This document shows positions 20,356 through 27,811 of a stretch of 39,922 nucleotides of DNA, one piece after another. Where the stretch lies: NCBI GenBank assembly GCA_913046815.1, contig CAJWTE010000002.1:1-39922 (forward strand), in the 5' to 3' direction. The notes under the pieces were generated by a model that saw only the letters and a program-made list of their open reading frames with translations, was not told the origin of the DNA and made no database searches. A program made the position numbers and the translations under genes. Every line of letters starts with the position of its first letter. Positions within the stretch are counted from its first letter, which is position 1. The DNA is from an uncultured bacterium. Its GTDB lineage: Bacteria > Patescibacteriota > Minisyncoccia > Phycocordibacterales > UBA918.

Positions 20356-20427
20356 GGCCCTATCGTCTAACGGCTAGGACACATGGTTCTCATCCATGAA
20401 ACCGGGGTTCGATTCCCCGTAGGGTCA
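20356..20427 (+). tRNA. tRNA-Glu (CTC); CCA not encoded at this copy
   Basis: Cloverleaf: acceptor GGCCCTA/TAGGGTC, anticodon arm CATGG-TTCTCAT-CCATG, T arm CGGGG-TTCGATT-CCCCG. Confidence 0.97.
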
Positions 20428-21944
20428 CAAAACGAGACTTCGTCTCGACTGAGCGAGCGCGTCGAAGACGCGCGAGATGAGGCAAGAGGAAAACGGGCTT
20501 TGCCCTGCAACACAAAACCAAAGGGTGACGAGACGGAGAAGCGCGCGGTTTTGTCACGAACCGAAGGGTTCGTTCCGACTTTTTTGACGAAAGCGGCGAT
20601 TTCGGAGAAATCATCGCTGGAGGATAAAAAGGTGGCTTGTTTCGTATCTAAAATCCACTCACGCAGGGGTTCGACCCAATTATTTCCTTGGTGGGCAAAA
20701 TCTTTCTTTTTCTCCTTTAAAGTCAGGGTGGCACGCATGATTTCGTCTTTCTTTTTAAGGTACAAGTCTTTCGGTATATCGCCATCCAAATAACTCTCCA
20801 CCAGTTTGTCCATGCGTGCTTCACTGGCTTTGATACTATCTGAAAGATTTTGTACACCACTTTGCGATGCGGTATTTTCTGCTTTCTCCCATTCCTCCAC
20901 TTTACCGAGCATGTATGCGGTATACGCATCGCAAAGCGAAATTGTTTGAAGCTGTGTCTTTAGTTGGTCGGCGAGAACGTCCTCGCGCACATATCCTTGG
21001 GAGCATGACCCTTTCTTTTTCGTACACCGATAGTACCTATATCTTCCCCCATGCCTTCCAGTTGCCCACTGAGCGGTAATCATAGAGTCACACTCTCCGC
21101 AACGAAAAAGATTGGTGAACGGAAAGTTATGACCAAGCCTTGTTTTTCTCGGCCGAGCGTTAGCCGACAAAACAACTTGTACGGCTTCAAACAATTTCGG
21201 GGAAAGTATTGGTGCAAAGCTTCCGTCAAACCATTCGTCTTTATGTTTGGTAAATCCGAGATAGGCTCGATTAGTTAGGATTCGTTTAACGGAAGCTTTG
21301 CCAAGTGGCGTACCTGCCTTTGTAGTGAGTCCAAGATCAAATAGAAAATGTGAAAGCGAGACAAGTCCATGCGTACCCTTTGCATACTCCTCATAAGCGC
21401 GCACAATAATCTGGCTATGCACTGGATGTGGCTCTATCACTTTCTTTGCCTTATTATTTACATAGCCAAAAGGAGCGCGCGTCAGCCACTCACCACGGCG
21501 TAGCTTTGCCCGCATACCTCGCTTCACATTTTGGGTTAAATTGTCCGAATAATACTTAGACTGACCAAAAGCCACTTGAAGCATGAACAACCCCTGCGGA
21601 GTGGGTTCAAACCAAAATGTCGGAAAGCGCAAAGACACTATTTTCTTTTGATCTACCGCGTAGATAACCTGCCCTCCATCTATACTATTACGTGCCAGTC
21701 TATCTGGATGCCACGCTAAAACACCAAACCCTTCCAAAGAGTTAATCTGCTCCATCATTTTATTAAAAACTGGTCTCCCGGGTGTCTTTGCGCTTTTTGA
21801 CTCTTGAAACTCCGTTAGGATTTCAAGATTTTCTTTACGCGCAAACTCTCGCATTTCAAAAAGCTGTGACTCAATAGACATGACTTGCTTATCGTCATCT
21901 TCGGTACTTTTGCGAGCGTATAGAAAATATTTTGGTTTGTTCAT
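20367..21944 (-). CDS. large serine recombinase (resolvase + recombinase + Zn ribbon + coiled coil)
   Basis: YARKS catalytic motif, DRLARN, PFGY, CxxC..YYRC zinc ribbon; the last 19 codons are antisense tRNA sequence. Confidence 0.95.
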   Translation of the reverse strand: MNKPKYFLYARKSTEDDDKQVMSIESQLFEMREFARKENLEILTEFQESKSAKTPGRPVFNKMMEQINSLEGFGVLAWHPDRLARNSIDGGQVIYAVDQKKIVSLRFPTFWFEPTPQGLFMLQVAFGQSKYYSDNLTQNVKRGMRAKLRRGEWLTRAPFGYVNNKAKKVIEPHPVHSQIIVRAYEEYAKGTHGLVSLSHFLFDLGLTTKAGTPLGKASVKRILTNRAYLGFTKHKDEWFDGSFAPILSPKLFEAVQVVLSANARPRKTRLGHNFPFTNLFRCGECDSMITAQWATGRHGGRYRYYRCTKKKGSCSQGYVREDVLADQLKTQLQTISLCDAYTAYMLGKVEEWEKAENTASQSGVQNLSDSIKASEARMDKLVESYLDGDIPKDLYLKKKDEIMRATLTLKEKKKDFAHQGNNWVEPLREWILDTKQATFLSSSDDFSEIAAFVKKVGTNPSVRDKTARFSVSSPFGFVLQGKARFPLASSRASSTRSLSRDEVSFCDPTGNRTPVSWMRTMCPSR

Positions 21945-21984
21945 AATTTTGGAAAAATTATATTTTTAGACATGAAACAAGAGG

Positions 21985-22113
21985 CAAAACCGCGCACTTT
22001 TCCGTCCCGTCACCCTTTGGTTTTGTGTTGCAGAGCAAAGCCCGTTTTCCTCTTGCTTCATCTCGCGCGCCTTCGGCGCGCTCGTTATCTAGAGACGAAG
22101 TCTCGTTTTGTGA
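21985..22113 (+). repeat. inverted copy of the recombinase 3' end (partner 20425-20553)
   Basis: 129-bp inverted repeat, 12 mismatches by manual alignment. Confidence 0.92.
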
Positions 22114-22263
22114 AGAAATACTAACCCGCGCTCGAACTTACTTTGAACAGAACTAGCAACGCGCGGAGCGCGTGGTAGCTTTGTACTTGAACGTACGCAT
22201 TCGCGTGCGTGGTGACGCTAAACAAGCGCCTCGGGGCGCGTTCGTCACCTCGCGCAGCAACCT

Positions 22264-22349
22264 CCAAAAATTTCCTTACCATTTCTAAAAAGCGGAAGGG
22301 GGTGCAGGGGGAAGCCGCCAAAAAGTTGAAAGGAAATTTTGGGGTTGCT
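22264..22349. repeat. 86-bp perfect inverted repeat, left copy (partner 24757-24842)
   Basis: Exact reverse complement; contains AAGGGGGTGCAGGGGGAA and self-complementary ends. Confidence 0.95.
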
Positions 22350-22489
22350 AGTTTGCTTTACCTGTTCATTCTTCTTTCTCTAACGGCTGCCCTAGTGTAA
22401 CCAACCCGAATAACTCGAATCGCTAAGACAGCCATTAGAAAAAGCTATTCGGAAAGTTGGTTACAAGTTCAGTATAGCATAATGAAAAA

Positions 22490-22539
22490 CCGCTACGTGA
22501 TTTAGCGTAGCGGAAGGGTGGCGGCGTATCCGCCACCCT
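22490..22539 (-). terminator. tandem hairpins after the 306-aa gene
   Basis: CCGCTACG..CGTAGCGG and AGGGTGGCGG..CCGCCACCCT, with a T-run on the minus strand after them. Confidence 0.65.
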
Positions 22540-22550
22540 AGCAATTTCAA

Positions 22551-23471
22551 TCAGGAATCACGATGAGCCGCCGGACACGCGGCCTTGCATTCATCCTCGT
22601 TCCTGTAACAGTCCCAGAGTTGTCTCGGATGTTCATCCTCGAAGTGTGCAAAACTGTTTTCAATCTTGAGCACCTTTCTTGATATCGGGAAATATTGGTT
22701 GTTGAAGTCCCGATCATAAGAGTGAGAATGGTACACAACCCAGACCTTTTCGCCAGGCTTCACCCAGGAGATTGTCCTAAGTCTTTGTCCGAGAGCACTG
22801 TATTCTGTCTCTGCTCGCCCGAGCTTGCCCATGAGATCTTCGACCATCGTTTCGGCTGCAGCATAGAGTCGCTCAACAATTCCACGAAGCAGATACGAAC
22901 CGTTTTCCTTGTCCTGAAAACACCACTCGACGACCTTGAAGAGACTGACCTCAGAAACCTTGAGGTGTTCTTTAGTATCGTCGCTCCGTCTGTAAACCGT
23001 GTTGGTGAGTGACCCTGGAATAGCCGGATGTTTCCGTTTCTCCAGAAGCCATACGGTGTTCAGAATACAGAAGCGACCACCTCTATCAAGCAGAAGATGT
23101 TCACACGGTATCTCCTCCGGATAGCTGGCGTGGCCTTGAGCCATACTCTTGAAGCTTGACGGAAAGCTGTGACGCACTCCGCAGACGAGGAAGTCATGTC
23201 CCCAGCTAAACTCGCGCGATGCGCCAACATCGCCGAACCAGATTCTTGACGGAGGGCTTGAGTTGTATAGGCTCACGCCGTCATCCTCGGGAATGTCGAT
23301 TACTGGTACAAGTGTCGCCGGTTTGAATCCGTGAAGAAATTTTGGATTCACGATCTTCAGAGTTGATTTTATGATCTCCATCCAATCCCCAAAGGGAATT
23401 GCCTTGGGGTCAAGTACCTCACGACCTTCGAAAAAAGCAATTGTGTGTTCAGCATCCCTGACCGTAGCCAT
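22551..23471 (-). CDS. hypothetical protein (island cargo)
   Basis: 306 aa ORF with a GAGAGGA SD; no recognised family. Confidence 0.75.
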   Translation of the reverse strand: MATVRDAEHTIAFFEGREVLDPKAIPFGDWMEIIKSTLKIVNPKFLHGFKPATLVPVIDIPEDDGVSLYNSSPPSRIWFGDVGASREFSWGHDFLVCGVRHSFPSSFKSMAQGHASYPEEIPCEHLLLDRGGRFCILNTVWLLEKRKHPAIPGSLTNTVYRRSDDTKEHLKVSEVSLFKVVEWCFQDKENGSYLLRGIVERLYAAAETMVEDLMGKLGRAETEYSALGQRLRTISWVKPGEKVWVVYHSHSYDRDFNNQYFPISRKVLKIENSFAHFEDEHPRQLWDCYRNEDECKAACPAAHRDS

Positions 23472-23649
23472 GTCGGATTCCTCTCTCTTTCAAATAGCAC
23501 TCCTGACCGTAGTCATGTCGAGCGCTGGTTGCTGTTATGGAACTCCTGTTCCGTTGCTACAGTGCTTTAAAATAGTGGTTTTGTCAACTAATCAACAGGC
23601 AGCTGTAAAAAGTTATAATTTGAACACAAATTTTGTTATACTAAGAATA

Positions 23650-24117
23650 ATGACCAAGAAAGCGACATACAGCGCTGATAATGTCGCCAAGTATCTTATT
23701 TACCTTGCCTCTCAAGAACTTGTCGGTGATAATCAAGAACGTGAAGGGATAACAAACCTTAAGTTACAAAAGGTGCTGTATTTTGTGCAAGCTTATTATC
23801 TTGCAAAATTGGGACATCCGTTGTTTTCAGACAAAATTGAAGCTTGGGAGTATGGACCTGTGATTCCAACTGTGTACAGAAAGTACAGAGCCAACGTTAG
23901 CAACCCAATAATTTTGGATGAAGATAAATCCACTCTTTCTGAGGAGGATAAAAAGAATGTACAAAAAATTTGGGAAACTTTTGGTGGTTACTCAGCTAGT
24001 CGTTTGGTAGATATTACTCATGCACATTCACCTTGGAAAGATGCCAGTCAAACTGCCAGTAAAGTTATTACAGCGAAGTCGCTAAGAGAATATTACACTC
24101 CTTTGCTAAACAAATAG
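23650..24117 (+). CDS. Panacea-domain (DUF4065/SocA-like) antitoxin
   Basis: ITNLKLQKVLYF, EAWEYGPV, THAHSPWK; likely start MTKK at 23650 after an extended -10. Confidence 0.9.
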   Translation: MTKKATYSADNVAKYLIYLASQELVGDNQEREGITNLKLQKVLYFVQAYYLAKLGHPLFSDKIEAWEYGPVIPTVYRKYRANVSNPIILDEDKSTLSEEDKKNVQKIWETFGGYSASRLVDITHAHSPWKDASQTASKVITAKSLREYYTPLLNK

Positions 24118-24130
24118 GCAAGGTTAATCC

Positions 24131-24532
24131 TTGTTTATGGACGGTCTAGATATTCCGACAAAATTTGATCTTGGGTACGCTGAGTCAAATGTGTGCTTTT
24201 CGATTACTGATTGTTCATTGAAGAAGTACTCGTTCTGGTGTTTGAACAAACAACAAGCAGAAACTTTGCTAAAACGATTGAAGCATATTGAAAAACTCAC
24301 ATGGAGCCAGTTCATAAATCTATCTAGACAAGACGGAGTCACGCCTGAAAAGAATGATACACCCAACTTTATAATGATCCATGAAGAAAATACCTCGCCC
24401 GACAAAATGGTTGAACAATATTATTTTCATTTCCGCATTGAGAAGAGAGGATTATTTCGTGTCTTCGGGTATCAGAAGAAACAATTCTTTTGTATAACTC
24501 ATATTGATCCGAATGGAAAAATAAACCACTAA
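24131..24532 (+). CDS. putative toxin partner of Panacea (RelE-fold-like)
   Basis: Directly downstream of the antitoxin; C-terminal FHFRI..FRVFGY..DPN pattern; start 24131 or 24137. Confidence 0.6.
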   Translation: MFMDGLDIPTKFDLGYAESNVCFSITDCSLKKYSFWCLNKQQAETLLKRLKHIEKLTWSQFINLSRQDGVTPEKNDTPNFIMIHEENTSPDKMVEQYYFHFRIEKRGLFRVFGYQKKQFFCITHIDPNGKINH

Positions 24533-24559
24533 AATTAACAAAGTTACTAAGCTCACCTA

Positions 24560-24704
24560 ACAGCACCGCAGCAGCTCGCGCGAACGAATGTGAGCGAGCT
24601 ATGCGAAGGTGCTGTAGGCGTGAGCATGTATAGCGTACCACCTGCTCTGTATACGCGACAGCGCCTCGGGTGCCACCAGTCTGGAGAAAGTGATGAACAA
24701 AGCC
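24560..24704 (+). repeat. structured ~145-bp direct repeat, copy 1 (partner 27249-27401)
   Basis: ACAGCACCGYAGCAGCTCGCGCGAACG..GCGAGCT..GGTGCTG..AGCGCCTCGGG..CTGGAGAAA..TGAACAAAGCC in both copies. Confidence 0.88.
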
Positions 24705-24756
24705 CCTACTTCTTAAAGGGGCTTTGTGAAGAACTTTTGGAAGACTGGGAGGCAAA

Positions 24757-24842
24757 AGCAACCCCAAAATTTCCTTTCAACTTTTTGGCGGCTTCCCCCT
24801 GCACCCCCTTCCGCTTTTTAGAAATGGTAAGGAAATTTTTGG
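24757..24842. repeat. 86-bp perfect inverted repeat, right copy
   Basis: Exact reverse complement of 22264-22349. Confidence 0.95.
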
Positions 24843-24927
24843 GTATTGCGAGTTTGCCGACCCCACTTATTATAATATATCACACTATATCAATGTAACA
24901 CATGAATGGTTAGAATGTTGATATAGT

Positions 24928-25137
24928 ATGAATAGCAAGGCAGTTAAACAGTTCGCTTCGAACATGAAGCAAGTGCGTGAAGCGAAGAAAATGTCGCAAG
25001 GTGACATTTTCAGAGTGACAGGTATCGAAAGAGCGTATATCAGTAACCTCGAAGCTGGCAAACAAAATCCAACGTTAGAAACGATCGAAAAGATAGCACA
25101 AGCGTTGGGTGTTGAAGTTAGTGAATTAACAAAGTAA
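24928..25137 (+). CDS. XRE-family helix-turn-helix regulator
   Basis: REAKKMSQ..YISNLEAGKQNPTLETIEKIAQALGV. Confidence 0.93.
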   Translation: MNSKAVKQFASNMKQVREAKKMSQGDIFRVTGIERAYISNLEAGKQNPTLETIEKIAQALGVEVSELTK

Positions 25138-25139
25138 GT

Positions 25140-26216
25140 ATGCCAAAAGGATTTGAATCAGCGTCAGCACACCCATCGCCACAAAAAATTGAAGGCGAGG
25201 ACGTGAGCAAAGTGACTGCCTCTGAAGAACGACCAACGTTTGATGAATTCGAAGGTGGCGAATTGGATGAGCGAGGCGAATTCAAAGAGCCTACCCCGGA
25301 GGAGCAAGAAAAGTTTCGTGACAGAGTTGCTCGTATGTCAGAGGTTCTTGAGGACGCGGACTTTACCTGGTATCTCGATGGAGCAACGAACATATCTTTG
25401 TATGGCGACCAAATGATACGAAACCATAAGGATTTAGACATGAGTGTGTTTCAAGAAGATCTTGGTAAATTAGAGGACCTGCTCAACAATCAAGGATTCG
25501 GAATTTTTGTTAACTACAAGGAAGATAGGAAAGAACTGATGCGAAAAGTGACTGCACAAGAATTAGGTTTACTTGAAAATCCAGACGTGTCGATTTGTAA
25601 AGTTGGACCAGACGGAACCCTTAGTTCAAAAAATTCGCACGAGGCTTTTGATTTTGTCGACTTACATATACGGGACATAGATGAATTTGGTGATGTTGTC
25701 GTTGGTTACAGTGGTATTTCTATACCTAAAGAATATTTTGAGCCGATAAGGAAAGAACTTCCAAACGGAAAAATAATCAGCCTTTCCCACCCTGCCGTTG
25801 TTGCCTACCACAAACTACACTCAACACGTGCATATGACGTAAAAGATTTGCAAATACTTTCACCCCTGCTCACACAAGAAGATATTGCAATGTTGCGGTC
25901 AAGCGTCGAGAAAGAAGCTGGGGTGTTAGATAAAAGGACACGTGAGGTATTAAAGGAAGTTTGGGGTGAATTGTCGCCTGTTCTAGAGACAGCACCTGAC
26001 CCAGATACAATTGCAGAGAAACTGCGGTCGCATCCTGAGATTGGAAAAAGAAATACTGACGAATCTGTTGCTAATTACATTTCATCAATTTCACAATATT
26101 TGTCCGAAAACCCTAGTGTAACTGCTGATGATTTCATCAGTCAGTCAATATCAATATTAAACATTAAAAAGCGAGCGGAAGAGCAGATAAAATTGATTGA
26201 TCAACTGGAGCAGTGA
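25140..26216 (+). CDS. Pol-beta-superfamily nucleotidyltransferase
   Basis: WYLDGA..IRNHKDLD (G..DxD) and a later KL..R..D..D motif; starts 2 nt after the HTH stop. Confidence 0.7.
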   Translation: MPKGFESASAHPSPQKIEGEDVSKVTASEERPTFDEFEGGELDERGEFKEPTPEEQEKFRDRVARMSEVLEDADFTWYLDGATNISLYGDQMIRNHKDLDMSVFQEDLGKLEDLLNNQGFGIFVNYKEDRKELMRKVTAQELGLLENPDVSICKVGPDGTLSSKNSHEAFDFVDLHIRDIDEFGDVVVGYSGISIPKEYFEPIRKELPNGKIISLSHPAVVAYHKLHSTRAYDVKDLQILSPLLTQEDIAMLRSSVEKEAGVLDKRTREVLKEVWGELSPVLETAPDPDTIAEKLRSHPEIGKRNTDESVANYISSISQYLSENPSVTADDFISQSISILNIKKRAEEQIKLIDQLEQ

Positions 26217-26235
26217 AGCCTTAAAATTTTTGAGT

Positions 26236-26264
26236 TTGACAACTAAGTATATCTATGCTATTCT
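26236..26264 (+). promoter_or_regulatory. near-consensus sigma70 promoter
   Basis: TTGACA-17 nt-TATTCT with a TGn extension. Confidence 0.65.
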
Positions 26265-26336
26265 TTGTTTAGCTTAAACGCAGGTTTTTCCTGCACGTTC
26301 CGCCTATTTAGGCACAACTCGATGGAGGAATCCAAT

Positions 26337-26552
26337 ATGCATGGTTATGTGAGACCGATGGGTAGGGCTGCATGGCGCGACCCGGTTCAGACGAGGAGTC
26401 TGTATCTCCTCGGCCCCGAGAGCTTTGACACCGTCCAGGTGCACGAGCTCGACGAGGACGGCAAGTCCGTCCGTGAATACCAGCACATCCGCCATGATCG
26501 TGTCGGAGACTGCTGGGCGGCTGAAGCCTGGCGACATCATCTTGGTAGATGA
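26337..26552 (+). CDS. hypothetical GC-rich ORF (possibly a fragment)
   Basis: GGAGG SD before ATG 26337, promoter upstream, GC-rich codons. Confidence 0.5.
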   Translation: MHGYVRPMGRAAWRDPVQTRSLYLLGPESFDTVQVHELDEDGKSVREYQHIRHDRVGDCWAAEAWRHHLGR

Positions 26553-26577
26553 GCTTGCCGGCGACTGCTTCTACAAC

Positions 26578-27183
26578 TTGTGTTGCTCGGAACAAATTTG
26601 CAGCTAACTCCTCGCTATTCATGTGATCTAGAATCTGTTGAGATTTCTTCAAGCTTTTTCTGCGGTGAATATCTTGACTCGTAAGTCCGCCATACAGGCC
26701 CTTATACCCAGCATTTTGGAAAATGGCGTAATTTTGCACGCCAGCACTCTTAGCGGTTTTTGTAAGGTTAGTATTATGCTTCTTCATTTCTTCCCTTAAA
26801 AATACACGCTTATTATCCTCAACTAAATTTTCAGTTTTTTCTTGCCTTCGTGTCTGTATCGCAAAGTATGTCTGTCCCTTTGCTACCACAACTTTTGTTG
26901 GGTCTGAATTTTGAACAATAAGATAACAGGCATATCTTGATAGATAGACAGTTTCAACAGACCTTTCTGCACCGGAACCCGTTTTAACCATTTCGGTGGC
27001 ATCAACGAAATGGTTGTGGATAACTTCTCCGCTGTTTTCACATGCTGTTTTAGCCTTATTTATAGCGGTTAAAAAGTTACGGTAATCTGTATACTCTAGA
27101 GCTTTTGCAAGGTCACGAGATGACCAAAATTCTGAATCATTTTCGTCAAAGCGTCTAATTGTTTCAAACTGATTTTCCTTCAT
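26578..27183 (-). pseudogene. dinD: DNA damage-inducible protein D (Bro-N-containing), 3'-truncated
   Basis: EFWSSRDL, LSRYACYLIVQN, QTYFAIQTRRQE, GYKGLYGG, ELAANLFRATQ; similarity stops there and the frame runs into unrelated GC-rich sequence. Confidence 0.8.
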
Positions 27184-27248
27184 TTTGACCATTATACTAC
27201 AAAATAAGAACACTGACTTCCTGCTCAAAAACACACCGTTGCGAACCC

Positions 27249-27401
27249 ACAGCACCGTAGCAGCTCGCGCGAACGGGCGTTAGCTCGTGAGCGAGCTGTG
27301 CGGAGGTGCTGGAGGTGAGAGCGTGTTTAGCATTACCACGCGGTTGGTCTACACGTAGCGCCTCGGGCGCCAACAGACTGGAGAAAAGTCTGAACAAAGC
27401 C
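27249..27401 (+). repeat. structured direct repeat, copy 2
   Basis: Degenerate copy of 24560-24704. Confidence 0.88.
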
Positions 27402-27488
27402 ACCACGCGCTCGGCGCGTTGCTAGTTCTGTTCAAAATAAGTTCGAGTAAGGGTTAGTATTTCTTCACAAAACGAGACTTCGTCTCTA
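27394..27488. repeat. attP-like site, inverted relative to 22090-22184
   Basis: About 95-bp inverted repeat; the minus strand reads RDEVSFCEEILTLTRTYFEQN-stop. Confidence 0.88.
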
Positions 27489-27811
27489 TTGAGCGGGCGC
27501 GCCGAGCGCGCTGCAATCATTGTCTTTTCTCAAAGTGGGTTCGAGCGAGGGTAAGTATTTCTTCACGAGTACAGAAAACAGCACCTGTCAAAGGTGCGTT
27601 TTCTGTTCGTGGCTCTACGAGTAACAGTGCTAGCACCATAGAGAGTACTTCGATATTCATGGATGCTTCGCTTCTTAAAAATATGGTCGCTCACTGTTAC
27701 GTGAAAAACGAACCGGCGTAGCTATGTATTTTATTCTTTTCCTAGAACAAAGTACGGACGAGGTGTGTTCCGCGGCACTTCATATTTTATAAGCTGCGCT
27801 TATAAAATATG

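Noticed and set aside
21972..22124. 50-aa plus-strand ORF MKQEAKPR..
   Set aside because: It is an alternative frame of the duplicated recombinase 3' end; the conserved frame is a different one.
22121..22400. ORFs 22121-22321 and 22209-22400 (and 24590-24898) sharing a peptide
   Set aside because: The shared peptide simply reflects the 86-bp repeat; there are no start signals and they cross structured non-coding DNA.
23371..23649. N-terminal 93-aa extension of the Panacea ORF
   Set aside because: It overlaps the divergent gene and promoter region; the domain and an extended -10 point to a start at 23650.
26308..26577. C-terminal part of the 315-aa DinD ORF as a real domain
   Set aside because: It is low-complexity R/P/S-rich antisense read-through of a GC-rich ORF after the truncation point.
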